Virus record (IMG/VR): IMGVR_UViG_3300031760_000006
Coordinates: 27,127-91,126 of that record
Length of the DNA stretch: 64,000 nucleotides
DNA from: a virus
Taxonomy: Duplodnaviria > Heunggongvirae > Uroviricota > Caudoviricetes
Strand: one strand, 5' to 3'
This document shows, one piece after another, positions 21,501-31,439 of this stretch. Under the pieces are notes generated by a model, which did no database searches, was not told the origin of the DNA, and saw only the letters and a list, made by a program, of their open reading frames with translations. Position 1 is the stretch's first letter. The number at the start of each line of letters is the position of its first letter. The position numbers were made by a program, and so were the translations under genes.

Positions 21501-24500
21501 GCAACAAGTCATGGTGCAGGTACTTCAAAATCTGCTTATACTGGTGGGTTGTATTATGATAAAATATTATATCATTCTAGTGGAAACAATTACGCTTCTG
21601 GAAAATCAACTCAATCAGTTTATGATAGTATTGGATTCGACCTTCGCTATTCAACAAACTGCGGTACAACTTTAACAACTAGAAAGCCAGTATACTTAGT
21701 CGGTACAATTAACAACACTGACAAACGCTTTTACTTAGACACAACACAATGGTGGACTCAGACAGTTCCGACTTCTGCTGATGGAAAGACCTACATCTAC
21801 ATAGGTGAAGCTTACTCTTCCTACCAAGTATGGTTGGCAACTGAAAACAAAGCTTATCAATACTATAATGGAAGATTCATAACTCTCGAGGAAATTAAAG
21901 ACCTTGAAGCAATGAGTTGGATTAATTCCACTGGACAAAATGCGGCAGACATCATCGCAAACTGGGCAACAGATGCGACAAGTGCTACCACAACTATCAA
22001 CGGTGGATTAATTCAAACTCACACGATTCAGGCTAGTCATTTGGCAACGAACGCAATCATGTCAAATAACTACCAAGCTAGTCAGAATGCAGGTTCACCT
22101 TACTCAGTAACTGGTTCTTTCCTAGACTTAGATAACGGTAATTTCTATACGCCTAACTTCGGCTTAGATAATGTAAACGGCAATGCTTATTTTAATGGAG
22201 AAATTACGGCAACTTCTGGTCAGATTGGTGATGATACTTCTAATCATTGGCAAATTGGTACGGTTGTTGACTTTAATGGTAACCAATCTGCGGCGATTGA
22301 AAGTAACGGAACTTCATATATTCAATCGGGCGATTGGATGATATCCAACAACAGAATCGACACAAGGCATTATGACAATCAGCGAAAGTATACCTATTTA
22401 TACGAAGACGGAGTATACTGGGATTTCGGATTACATACTCCTAGCCTTACTTCTGATAACGATTATGAAAATAATTTTATTTATATCAGAAATCATGAAA
22501 GCACTATACCGACTCTTGAAGGTGCTTGGAATTATGTCTTCAGAGTAGATAGAAACGGTATGATATATATTAATGGTGTGTCACTTGATGATAAGTATGC
22601 TTCTATTGACGGTGTATCAGGTGCTTATCTTCCGATGACAGGTGGAAGTTTAACAGGTAATTTATCTGTTGGTGGCAATTTATCTGTTACTGGCACGATT
22701 ACTGGATTGAAGAATCTTTCTATCAACGGTAAAACTTACAATGGTAGTTCTGCGGTTAATGTTGGTACGATTGGAGCTGCTTATGGCGGTACTGGGCAAA
22801 CGAGTCTGATTAATTCGGCGAATGCTTTGATTAATGCATTAGATACTGGAAGTAGCACACCAGTTGATAACGATTATTATATCTCTCAATATGTAAATGG
22901 CGGTACTACTACAAAGACTTATCATCGTAGACCGATGAGTGCATTATGGTTATATATCAAAGGTAAAATCAATGCGGATACCGATTTATACACAGATAAG
23001 TTCGTACCAAAAACTGGCGGTGAATTTACTGGTGCTGTGACTGTTTCTGACGCTTTGATTGCCGATGAAATTACTTCGGGTAATTTGATTGTCAATGGCG
23101 TTGGACGGTTTACTAATGGTATTTATGGCGATTTAACTGGTAATGCTAGTACTGCTACTCTTGCGGCGAAAGTTGCAGATAGCGGGAATGGACAGGCTAC
23201 TACTTTTGGTTATAGTAAATCAAGTCTTAGTACAACGGCTTATTTTGCTGCTTGGGATGGATATGAGTTAAGAAAAATTAGTCCTGCTAATGCGTTGTCA
23301 ACAATTGGGGGACAACCAGCTGGAGATTATTTGTTGAAATCTGGCGGTACAATGACGGGAGTGCTTAATATTGTCGGTCAAATGGAGAATGCTTATGTTG
23401 GTATTAGCAATTCCAATTATAGTATGAAGCTTGGTATTGGTACTGGTGGGACTAATCGTGGTTTATGGGATATGAATCTAAATAAATGGGTTTTATATTC
23501 GGATGCTTCTGCTTCTTATTTTAATGGTAATGCTACATCTGCTACGTCTGCGACCACAGCAACTAAATTTTCCTCAAGTCGTACCATTCAGTTAACAGGA
23601 GATGTTATAGGTTCTGCATCTTCTAATGGTGAAAGTGGATGGAGTATTGCGACTACTGTTGCAGATAATAGTCATAGCCATGTGCCAAGTAATATAAATA
23701 CTGGAAATGATTATACAACTGGGAGTCTTGATTGGATAGCATCTGCAAAAATTGGTTCAGCAGCTTCAAATAAATCTTTTGGTTTACCACCAGAAGCTAT
23801 CGTTGTTGAATATAGTACTGATGGTGGTTCTACATGGTTGGATTATGGTTCATCTGATGCAGAAAAAGCTAATTTGTTTAATGAATTGGGCTGTTATCAC
23901 CATCTTGGCAAAGCAAAAACAAAAGCAGCAAATACAACTAATTGTCAATTAAGAATAACAATTACTGCAACCGATAGATATGTGTATACAAAAGCTGTTT
24001 ATTTTTGGGTATCTCAAAACGGTAATGAAATGACCGTAGATTTTGATGTTGCAACTCTTGGAAATCCTACAACATTTTCTAATGTATTTAATAATAGACC
24101 TTTACAAGGAAATTCCGGGCCTAATATTCATTATTACGCACCAAGAACATTTGGTGCGTATACTAGTAGTCAAACAGGAAATAGTTATGTATACCGATTT
24201 ACTTTTAAACAACCATCAATTGCTTCTAATGCTACAACTGCTGGAAGTGTCTCAGATATAAGGTTATTTGGTGATATGGTATGGACATCGCCAAACAATA
24301 TGGTATCTCGTAACCATATGTATACTTGGGATAAAGATTTTAATGTAACCTTTCCTGCAAAAATTACGGCGACATCTTTTGAAGGCAATGCAACATCCGC
24401 TTCAAAACTCAGTTCAACTCGTTCATTCACAATCGGTAAAACCGCAAAGAACGTAGATTGGTCTGGAGCGGTGTCCTTCTCTCAGGCAGAGATTTCAGAT

Positions 24501-27437
24501 AATGCTTCGACATCTGCCGCTGGATGGATGAGTAAAGATGATAAAACCAAATTAAATGGCATCGAAGCAAATGCTCAAGTTAATACAATCACTGGTGTTA
24601 AAGGTAATTCAGAAACCACTTATAGAACAGGCGATGTTAATATCACTGCTTCTAACATCGGTCTTGGAAACCTTACAAATAACAAACAAGTTAAAGGTCT
24701 TTCATCTGGAACTACTTCGGGACATTTAGTAACTTGGGGTAGCGATGGATATACTGTTGCAGATTCCGGGATTGCCAAAGGAAGTGTAACTACAAAGATT
24801 ACTCTTTCTGGAAGTGATTATTCAGCATCGTCTAATACAATTACTATAACAAAAGCTAATCTTCAATCTGCTGTTCAAGATACAAGTTTGGTATTGATGA
24901 CTGCCGCAGAAAGAAGTAAGTTATCTTCTATTCAAGTATCTGAAGGTGGAACGATTGACTTTTCTGGTGTAACTGCATCTGCTCCGATTACGGCAACTGT
25001 TAATGAAACTACAAAGGCAGTTAATATTACTCATAATACCAGTGGTGTAACACAAGGTACTTACAGGTCTGTTACTGTAAATACTTATGGTCATGTAACG
25101 GCTGGTACGAATCCAACAACTCTTAGTGGTTATGGAATTACTGATGCTAAGATTGCAAACGGAGTTATTACTCTTGGTAGTAATACTATTACTCCTTTGA
25201 CGGCAAGTAGTACGCTTGATGCTACTAAATTGAGTGGTACAGCTAGTATAGATACTACTGGTAATGCAACTACAGCTACTACTGCATCAAATGTAGAATG
25301 GTCTGGTATTACTAGTAATCCTATTGAATTTGGTTATACTTCTTATGGTAGTACTGGTTGGAAACAATTAGGTGGTAGAGATAATGGTTCTTGTATAAAA
25401 GTATGGAAACCTAAAGATAGTGTTGCTTGGGGAACAGTAGCACACTCTGCTGTAATGTCTTTTGGTAATGTGGACACTAAAGGAATGCTTGATATTTCGT
25501 ACAATGCACCATTGGTCAGTATAGCGGGTGGGAATGTAGGTGGTTCTACTGATAATGCACCCAAATGGTATTTTAAGTTATCCGCTACTTCTGGTGCAAC
25601 TTATACTTTGCCATCTTCTTCTAAAACATTAGCGGCTAGTGATGGTTCAAATGCTTCAGGTACTTGGGGAATTGGAATTTCAGGCAATGCAACCACAGCC
25701 ACCAAATTTAGCTCAAACCGTTCTATTGCTCTTACTGGTGATGTAACAGGTTCTGCTTCTAGTAATGGAGAAAATGGTTGGAGTATATCAACAACTGTTG
25801 GTGATGATTCTCATGGTCATACGCCAGATACTTTATACATACCAAGTGATTTTGGAAAAACTGGAGGTCTAGATTTAATTTCTGGCTCTAAAGTTGGCTC
25901 TTATATGTCTAACAAATCATTTGCTATCCCACCAGAGGCAATAACTATTGAATACAGTACTGACAATGGAAGTACATGGAAAGATTATGGAGCTACAGAT
26001 TCTCATAAAAAAGGTCTGTTTTCAGAAACAAGATATGGTTGTCACACTCATTTGGGAAAAGCTACTACAAAAGAAGCAAATTCTGTTAATAATCAATTAA
26101 GAATTACTATTTCCAGAATTAATTTAGGCAGGTGTTGTGCAGTAGATTCCTTTTATACATGGATGACAACAAATGGTAATACGGTATATTGTAAACTTGA
26201 ACACAGCACTAATTCTAATCCAACATCTTTTCAAACGATTTTTACGGATTTTAAACTTGCTGGATGGTCTGGACATAATATTAAATATTTTTCTGAAAAA
26301 TATCTTGGTGGCAGTAATAATGACCAAACCTATGCTTTTAGGCTTACAGTTTGGCAAACAGCGATTAATACAGACTATTCTTCCGCAGACCTTTATGACA
26401 TTAGATTTTTTGGAAGAAATACATATAGCTATGATGCTCCGTATTATAAACTACAAACTAATGAATTATATACTTGGGATAATAATTTAAATGCAATCTT
26501 TCCAGCGAAAATTACGGCAACGTCCTTTGAAGGTGTTACTTGGAATAGTATAGCTGATAAACCAATTAATTTAAAGTCTTATAGCGGTAGTTTAGCAACT
26601 GGTGGTTGGGCAACATTAAATGGCAAATCTAATTCCCCATCTATTGCAATAGCTTATAATAATAATAACGCTTCTTGGAATAGTGAAAAATATTCGTCTT
26701 CTATGGTTTTTGGATGTTATGATGTTAGAGGATTGTTGGATTTGGCATACAATCAACCTATAGTTACATTTGGCGGGTCGTCTTATAGTAGAGCTACTGA
26801 TGATAATCCGAAATGGTATTTTAAATTAAAAGGTACGAGTGAGCAAACCTATACTTTTCCAAGTACTTCGAAAACTTTGGCGGCAACAGATGGTTCAAAT
26901 GCAAGTGGAACTTGGGGTATTAGTATTTCGGGCAATGCTAATACTGCCACAACAGCCTCTACAGCAACCAAAGCAACCCAAGACGGCTCTGGCAACACAA
27001 TAACCTCCTACTATGTCACTCTTTCCACAAATCAAACCATATCAGGCACAAAAACATTTAGTGCGATGCCAGTGGCTTCTGCTGGATTGTGTGTTGGTAA
27101 TTCTGGTACTGCTGGCGGTTTGAGTCTATGGAACGACAAAGATATAAAGCACTACGGATTAGCCCTAAGAACTACCGCAGATTCAGGTAAGCATGGATAT
27201 GTACAAGGCGATTATGCAACTTATAATTATATGTATGCCGCTTCCGCATCTGCTTTACCAACTCGTGGATGGATATTTAAAGATTCGGTAAATAATAAAG
27301 GAGTTGCTTCAATTTCTGGGGCAGGTAATGCAGTATTTAATGGTTCTATTACTGTTGGTGGTAATGTCACAAACACTTCAGGATGTAGGCAAGAATTTAA
27401 TGAAGATTTGCAATGTCTTGAATTTATTTTTAATTAA
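18549..27437 (+). CDS. Giant mosaic tail fibre / receptor-binding protein (2962 aa)
   Basis: Fibre-type linkers (GNATTAT, ITDAKIANG, STNQTISGTKTFS), internal duplicated globular modules, C-terminal FNEDLQCLEFIF. Confidence 0.8.
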   Translation: MIAIGEYTISALNDLDYYEVTSSDSMVVIEDENFTPEAVTFTSKHRLGNGNLEAYSGRFKIETSKDGETWETKYTSSGNESAVEYELPSALEDKVPYLFRKSVGGDRAIEEIVGGSVVWNQLAELPITRTQNGIAITNNGDGSLTIDGTASAEVNSFAITCPFVLGHVYMVTGFPDGIRTYVQLWKGTSWKKNLDMRNNLIKKLVSDADADTVAFSQLILSGTSFSNVKYYPQIFDLTTMFGTQIADYIYSLEQSSASSGIAKLRSWGFFTKDYYPYCLPTIRSVSGLIEKRYVGFNQWDEEWELYNGAYVQSKNYIPIIPNTEYYLKSSQNFSNGFSWYDGDKNLIKTEYYVANRAYTSPENAHYAKFMMPSSYGTAYNNDICINISNPAKNGTYEPYEVNTYSLDSSVELRGMFKLDSNNNLYADGDIYSSDGTVSENCSEDDLSTLVWSTRYTGSTNKTVSAELSDKYIGYPSSSFKGLISSSYSIVGGTTGVGNLSDPDNCTKGMYYYSNPQSATTRTVYIVLPKGDAPSGSLLYFKATPTTSTALPYHNPQELSECGTEEFVTTGIIPVGHNTKYPANIKNIRCSLHKPNETPSATTLLDQITVPIVSGLQYQPFVQRTVFEWTLSSSSTELDENTTWAEQKPKPTQAQPYLWERSRNDYSNGTHTYSDAHCDVTISGVISDVDKINGQITNKIWQSDITTSINSYDGTTVSNIRDRVSTTEQNLTGITTRVGAVESTTGSLGTRMTAAESSISQNADNIELKVSKDGVISSINQSSESITISADKVNIAGSTAFTSLNSQVTAIQNETNQKSELIRGTQTAATYSWTGTSTTISQLTDGMEIRYWLPFSVAGGTVSGSYSYYDGSKTTTGTNTGVGLTLTLKDGTMTEEIPVYYGSMSRLTSHYGYGNIIRMIYRENVRVNNGNTTYYTVEKGFWCDANYDTNSNYTQFSSAVTVGATNSVYQWSLIMRDSANTWVSIATSHGAGTSKSAYTGGLYYDKILYHSSGNNYASGKSTQSVYDSIGFDLRYSTNCGTTLTTRKPVYLVGTINNTDKRFYLDTTQWWTQTVPTSADGKTYIYIGEAYSSYQVWLATENKAYQYYNGRFITLEEIKDLEAMSWINSTGQNAADIIANWATDATSATTTINGGLIQTHTIQASHLATNAIMSNNYQASQNAGSPYSVTGSFLDLDNGNFYTPNFGLDNVNGNAYFNGEITATSGQIGDDTSNHWQIGTVVDFNGNQSAAIESNGTSYIQSGDWMISNNRIDTRHYDNQRKYTYLYEDGVYWDFGLHTPSLTSDNDYENNFIYIRNHESTIPTLEGAWNYVFRVDRNGMIYINGVSLDDKYASIDGVSGAYLPMTGGSLTGNLSVGGNLSVTGTITGLKNLSINGKTYNGSSAVNVGTIGAAYGGTGQTSLINSANALINALDTGSSTPVDNDYYISQYVNGGTTTKTYHRRPMSALWLYIKGKINADTDLYTDKFVPKTGGEFTGAVTVSDALIADEITSGNLIVNGVGRFTNGIYGDLTGNASTATLAAKVADSGNGQATTFGYSKSSLSTTAYFAAWDGYELRKISPANALSTIGGQPAGDYLLKSGGTMTGVLNIVGQMENAYVGISNSNYSMKLGIGTGGTNRGLWDMNLNKWVLYSDASASYFNGNATSATSATTATKFSSSRTIQLTGDVIGSASSNGESGWSIATTVADNSHSHVPSNINTGNDYTTGSLDWIASAKIGSAASNKSFGLPPEAIVVEYSTDGGSTWLDYGSSDAEKANLFNELGCYHHLGKAKTKAANTTNCQLRITITATDRYVYTKAVYFWVSQNGNEMTVDFDVATLGNPTTFSNVFNNRPLQGNSGPNIHYYAPRTFGAYTSSQTGNSYVYRFTFKQPSIASNATTAGSVSDIRLFGDMVWTSPNNMVSRNHMYTWDKDFNVTFPAKITATSFEGNATSASKLSSTRSFTIGKTAKNVDWSGAVSFSQAEISDNASTSAAGWMSKDDKTKLNGIEANAQVNTITGVKGNSETTYRTGDVNITASNIGLGNLTNNKQVKGLSSGTTSGHLVTWGSDGYTVADSGIAKGSVTTKITLSGSDYSASSNTITITKANLQSAVQDTSLVLMTAAERSKLSSIQVSEGGTIDFSGVTASAPITATVNETTKAVNITHNTSGVTQGTYRSVTVNTYGHVTAGTNPTTLSGYGITDAKIANGVITLGSNTITPLTASSTLDATKLSGTASIDTTGNATTATTASNVEWSGITSNPIEFGYTSYGSTGWKQLGGRDNGSCIKVWKPKDSVAWGTVAHSAVMSFGNVDTKGMLDISYNAPLVSIAGGNVGGSTDNAPKWYFKLSATSGATYTLPSSSKTLAASDGSNASGTWGIGISGNATTATKFSSNRSIALTGDVTGSASSNGENGWSISTTVGDDSHGHTPDTLYIPSDFGKTGGLDLISGSKVGSYMSNKSFAIPPEAITIEYSTDNGSTWKDYGATDSHKKGLFSETRYGCHTHLGKATTKEANSVNNQLRITISRINLGRCCAVDSFYTWMTTNGNTVYCKLEHSTNSNPTSFQTIFTDFKLAGWSGHNIKYFSEKYLGGSNNDQTYAFRLTVWQTAINTDYSSADLYDIRFFGRNTYSYDAPYYKLQTNELYTWDNNLNAIFPAKITATSFEGVTWNSIADKPINLKSYSGSLATGGWATLNGKSNSPSIAIAYNNNNASWNSEKYSSSMVFGCYDVRGLLDLAYNQPIVTFGGSSYSRATDDNPKWYFKLKGTSEQTYTFPSTSKTLAATDGSNASGTWGISISGNANTATTASTATKATQDGSGNTITSYYVTLSTNQTISGTKTFSAMPVASAGLCVGNSGTAGGLSLWNDKDIKHYGLALRTTADSGKHGYVQGDYATYNYMYAASASALPTRGWIFKDSVNNKGVASISGAGNAVFNGSITVGGNVTNTSGCRQEFNEDLQCLEFIFN

Positions 27438-27458
27438 ACAATAATTAACATATTAATT

Positions 27459-27496
27459 TAAGAGCTACTGCTTTTTAGTGGTAGCTCTTATTGTTT
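27459..27496 (+). terminator. Intrinsic terminator
   Basis: taagagctac / gtagctctta stem followed by ttgttt. Confidence 0.7.
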
Positions 27497-27790
27497 AATT
27501 TGCAAAGGAGCAAAAGGAATGGTTAAAACATGAAAATGAAAATGAAAATTATTTTGTATTTTAATACGAATTTATATAGAAAGGCAAGGGGATAATATGG
27601 GATAGTAAAATATGTTGATTTATCCTCTCTTCCCAAAAAGACAAGTGGTTATATTGATTGGAAAAAGAGTATCGGATACCGATGCTCTTTTTTATATGGT
27701 GATATAAACGGGGAAATAGAAATACTTGATTATAAATCGGAAAAAAAAACGATAAATTTATATTTAAAATATAAAGACAGGTATAAATGG

Positions 27791-29002
27791 ATGCAATCTA
27801 CCCATTTAAAAAATGGAACAATAGGTGGTTTGTTAGGAAAGCATACAAAAGACCATAAATACGAAATTGGCATGATATACCACTCCAATACAAATGACAT
27901 AAAAATATTGGACAGATATAAAATCCCTTCAAAAGACGGAAGAAATAGAAAATACTATAAATGCAAATGTCTTAAATGTGGATACGAGTATTCTACTTCA
28001 GAGCTTTGTATAAAATTAAATACGGGTTGTCCTGCTTGTTCTGGCATAAAATTAGTAGAGGGAATTAATGATATTCCTACAACAAACCCTTGGATGATAC
28101 CGTATTTTCAAGGCGGCGAAGAAGAAGCAAAACAGTACACCCATTCTTCAACCGCAAAAATTTATCCTAAGTGTCCAATATGTGGAAAAGTGTCTAAAAG
28201 AAAAATGAAAATAGGTAGCATTTATCAACACCATTCAATTGGATGCGGGTGCAATACTTATATGAGTTTTCCAGAACAAACTATATATAATTTGTTAGAA
28301 CAACACGACATAGATTTTATACATCAATTAACGAGGTCGTGCAATGGTTTTGAATGGACTGGGTCAAAGAGATATGATTTTTATATTCCAAGTTTATCTT
28401 GCATTATTGAAACTCATGGACTTCAGCATTATGAAAAAACCTTTAGCAAAAACAAAACAGTTAAAGAGCAACAAAAAAAAGATAAAGAAAAAAGAATTCT
28501 TGCAAAAAATAATAATATACAAAATTATTTTGAAATTGATTGCAGAAAATCGGATATTGATTGGATATTGGATAGTTGCGAAAAAGAGGGATTGCTTAAT
28601 TTTTTAGATATTGATAGAAAAGAAATCGATATTAATTGTTTATACAAGTCTGTTTTTAAGAAGGATATTGAGCGATGTAAAGAGGCTATAAATAAATATC
28701 CGTATATAAGTGCAGTTGAGTTATCTTCCCTTTTAAACATCCATCTAAATAAAATTTATCAAATTTTAAAATTAATTTGTTTTAAGCCTGTTTATAGGGG
28801 TACTGTGATTGATGTATATAAAGACGGAAAATATGTGATGACCTGCTATTCTTATACTAATTTAAAAGATGTATTTATGGATAAATATAATATAAAGATG
28901 GGTATTGTTATTAGCAAATATCTTGATAATAATAAACCATATCATGGCTGTTTTACTTTCAGAACAAATAAAGAAATATTTGGTGGTGAAAAAGTATGTT
29001 AA
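27791..29002 (+). CDS. Free-standing putative homing endonuclease (Zn-ribbon plus Vsr/DUF559-like); reading frame extends upstream to 27596
   Basis: CKCLKC, CPAC and CPICG motifs; RYDFYIP..IIETHGLQHY motif; in-frame upstream segment KYVDLSSLP..IDWKKSIG. Confidence 0.7.
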   Translation: MQSTHLKNGTIGGLLGKHTKDHKYEIGMIYHSNTNDIKILDRYKIPSKDGRNRKYYKCKCLKCGYEYSTSELCIKLNTGCPACSGIKLVEGINDIPTTNPWMIPYFQGGEEEAKQYTHSSTAKIYPKCPICGKVSKRKMKIGSIYQHHSIGCGCNTYMSFPEQTIYNLLEQHDIDFIHQLTRSCNGFEWTGSKRYDFYIPSLSCIIETHGLQHYEKTFSKNKTVKEQQKKDKEKRILAKNNNIQNYFEIDCRKSDIDWILDSCEKEGLLNFLDIDRKEIDINCLYKSVFKKDIERCKEAINKYPYISAVELSSLLNIHLNKIYQILKLICFKPVYRGTVIDVYKDGKYVMTCYSYTNLKDVFMDKYNIKMGIVISKYLDNNKPYHGCFTFRTNKEIFGGEKVC

Positions 29003-30810
29003 TGATACATTTACCGTTAAATGGCGATTTACACAATCAAGGGCTTGCAAACATAGAAGTAACAAATAGCGGGGCGACAGTTGACAATAACGGGAAAATT
29101 GGGAAATGTTATAGTTTTGATGGGACAAGTAAATATATATCTTTAACAAACCCATTTACGGATGCTTCAGAAATATCATGTTCTATTTGGGTTAAGCCAT
29201 TAGCCAATACAAGTACTAACGAACAGATTATAAACATAGGAACTAGTGACGGCTGGAATAATATCAGATTTGGGATACTTCAACGGTCAAATAATCAGCT
29301 TCTTTTTCATGTGTCTGACGGAACTAATAATATAACATATAGCTGTTATTCTAGTGCCATAAACCTTAATGAGTGGATTCACATAGTATGCACATATAAA
29401 AATCGAGAATTAAAAATGTATTTAAATGGCGAATTAGCAAAAACTTATTCTATAAGTTTCGACCCGTCTTTTTCTGGTATATCAAAAATTGGAATAGGAG
29501 CAGCTCCTAACGGTGCTGAAAAATTTACTGGCTTTATAAACGATGTAAAAATTTTCTCACATTGTTTATCTCAGAAGGAAATTTCTGAACTAAAAAAGAT
29601 GCTCATTTTGCATTATCCACTTGATGGAAATAACGGAACTCTAGCGAATCCAAATATTATGCCGAATTCAATGACAATGGCATTAGGTAGTGCAAATGCT
29701 TCTACTGGCACTTGGAGATTGGCTGGCAGTTCAAATATGACAAAGACTAGAGTTGCTATAACAGACTCGCCAATAGGTTCTTGTTATGGATTCCAAAATG
29801 AAGGGATTCAAACTGTTAATGACGGTTCTTGCTATGGTATAGATAGTTTCCCATTTGAGACAAATGCAGAATATACGATTTCAATGTGGGCAAGAATTGT
29901 TTCTGGCACTGAAGGGTATGCGGGATACAATATTTATAACGCTGGTTATGTAACTGGTAGTCATAGTAAAGTGGATAAAAACTATTATGTAACCACTCTT
30001 CCTTCAGATGGAAGTTGGGTAAGGTGTTGGTTGAATTTTACTACTAATTCTACGGCTAATAGAAATATTTATATAGGCATTACTACTGGAGATACTGATG
30101 TAACTACGCAAATGTGTGGAATAAAAATTGAAAAGGGTAACAAGGTTAGTCCTTGGAGTCCATGTCCAAGAGATAGTATTTATACTGCTCTAGGATATGA
30201 TGATGGAATTGAATATGATACATCGGGGTATGGACATAATGGAACAAAGGTTGGTACGTTTGATTATTCTACTGATTCTCCAAGGTATTTAGCTAGTACA
30301 TATATGCCAGAATCTTCATTAATTACTCATCCAAATCCGTTAGGTGGAACAGCAACTGAACAAGAATGGACTTGTGCTATGTGGGTTAAATTAGATACAA
30401 CCAATACAAATCAATATATGAATAATTTTAATAATGGCAATATTATTATTGCGGCAACTACTCCATTGTTATATTTAAATTCTGGAACTAATGATTATTA
30501 TATGTATGGGAGTCAAGCAATTGAAGCTGGGGTATGGACTCATATTGCTTTTGTTTTTAGAAATAAAGATGGAATGAGAAATGTATATATTAATGGTATT
30601 TTAAAAAATAATTACGGGCCAAATAAAACATCTACACCAAGGGGTATTCCAAATACAGTTAATATGGGCGGGAGACTAGCAGGTTATATAAGCGATTATA
30701 GAATTTACGCAACCGCCCTATCCGACACCGAAATCCAAAAACTCTACACCGTCTCCGCATCAATAGACTCTAACGGCAATGCTTATTCAGCAGCCTATGT
30801 GGAGGGTTGA
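28996..30810 (+). CDS. Tail-associated lectin protein with two LamG/ConA-like domains flanking a CBM-like domain
   Basis: HLPLNG..CYSFDG; WIHIVCTY..KMYLNG; WTHIAFVF..VYING; SDYRIYATALS. Confidence 0.75.
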   Translation: MLMIHLPLNGDLHNQGLANIEVTNSGATVDNNGKIGKCYSFDGTSKYISLTNPFTDASEISCSIWVKPLANTSTNEQIINIGTSDGWNNIRFGILQRSNNQLLFHVSDGTNNITYSCYSSAINLNEWIHIVCTYKNRELKMYLNGELAKTYSISFDPSFSGISKIGIGAAPNGAEKFTGFINDVKIFSHCLSQKEISELKKMLILHYPLDGNNGTLANPNIMPNSMTMALGSANASTGTWRLAGSSNMTKTRVAITDSPIGSCYGFQNEGIQTVNDGSCYGIDSFPFETNAEYTISMWARIVSGTEGYAGYNIYNAGYVTGSHSKVDKNYYVTTLPSDGSWVRCWLNFTTNSTANRNIYIGITTGDTDVTTQMCGIKIEKGNKVSPWSPCPRDSIYTALGYDDGIEYDTSGYGHNGTKVGTFDYSTDSPRYLASTYMPESSLITHPNPLGGTATEQEWTCAMWVKLDTTNTNQYMNNFNNGNIIIAATTPLLYLNSGTNDYYMYGSQAIEAGVWTHIAFVFRNKDGMRNVYINGILKNNYGPNKTSTPRGIPNTVNMGGRLAGYISDYRIYATALSDTEIQKLYTVSASIDSNGNAYSAAYVEG

Positions 30811-31403
30811 TGGTTATGGCAACACCTAATTTAAATAAACAAGGGGTTTGGACGATAAGTAATGACGGTACGTTAAATGAAAATCTATTATTATCAGTTC
30901 CTAAAACAGCCAATACAACCAGTTACAACGCTTACCAATTCACCATGTTAGAGAATTTGGTAGAAGGACAAACTTATACAATGCAACTTTGGGATGTTGA
31001 TGTGTCTCATTCAGAAAAAACAGAAGCACAAACTGGAGTATGGGTTTATTGGGGCGGTGGAAGTGTTGGTTTATTCAGTTGGTACGGAACAAATTATTTC
31101 ACAAATGAACACGCAGATTATTTAGTAAAAACTTTTACGGTTACAAATAGTCAAGCCACACATTCCACTGCTTCGAATTCATGGTTAAATATTTATAATT
31201 CTGTGGGTTATGTGGCGGGAACTATGTCAATGCATATTGGTAGATGGAAACTCGAAAAAGGCGACAAAGCAACTCTTTGGACTCCCAACCCATCCGATGC
31301 CGACTACATCCCGGTATCACCAACATCAGGAATAATCGAAACAGGCAACATCGTACGAGTCTATTCAAACCGAATGGATGCCCACGAGTTTTACGAAATC
31401 TAA
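30807..31403 (+). CDS. Small CBM-like tail protein
   Basis: KLEKGDKATLWTPNP resembles the KIEKGNKVSPWSPCP end of the CBM-like domain in the upstream gene; 4-nt overlap. Confidence 0.5.
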   Translation: MMVMATPNLNKQGVWTISNDGTLNENLLLSVPKTANTTSYNAYQFTMLENLVEGQTYTMQLWDVDVSHSEKTEAQTGVWVYWGGGSVGLFSWYGTNYFTNEHADYLVKTFTVTNSQATHSTASNSWLNIYNSVGYVAGTMSMHIGRWKLEKGDKATLWTPNPSDADYIPVSPTSGIIETGNIVRVYSNRMDAHEFYEI

Positions 31404-31439
31404 AACCAAAGAAACTATCAAAAAGAAAGAAGGAAAAAT

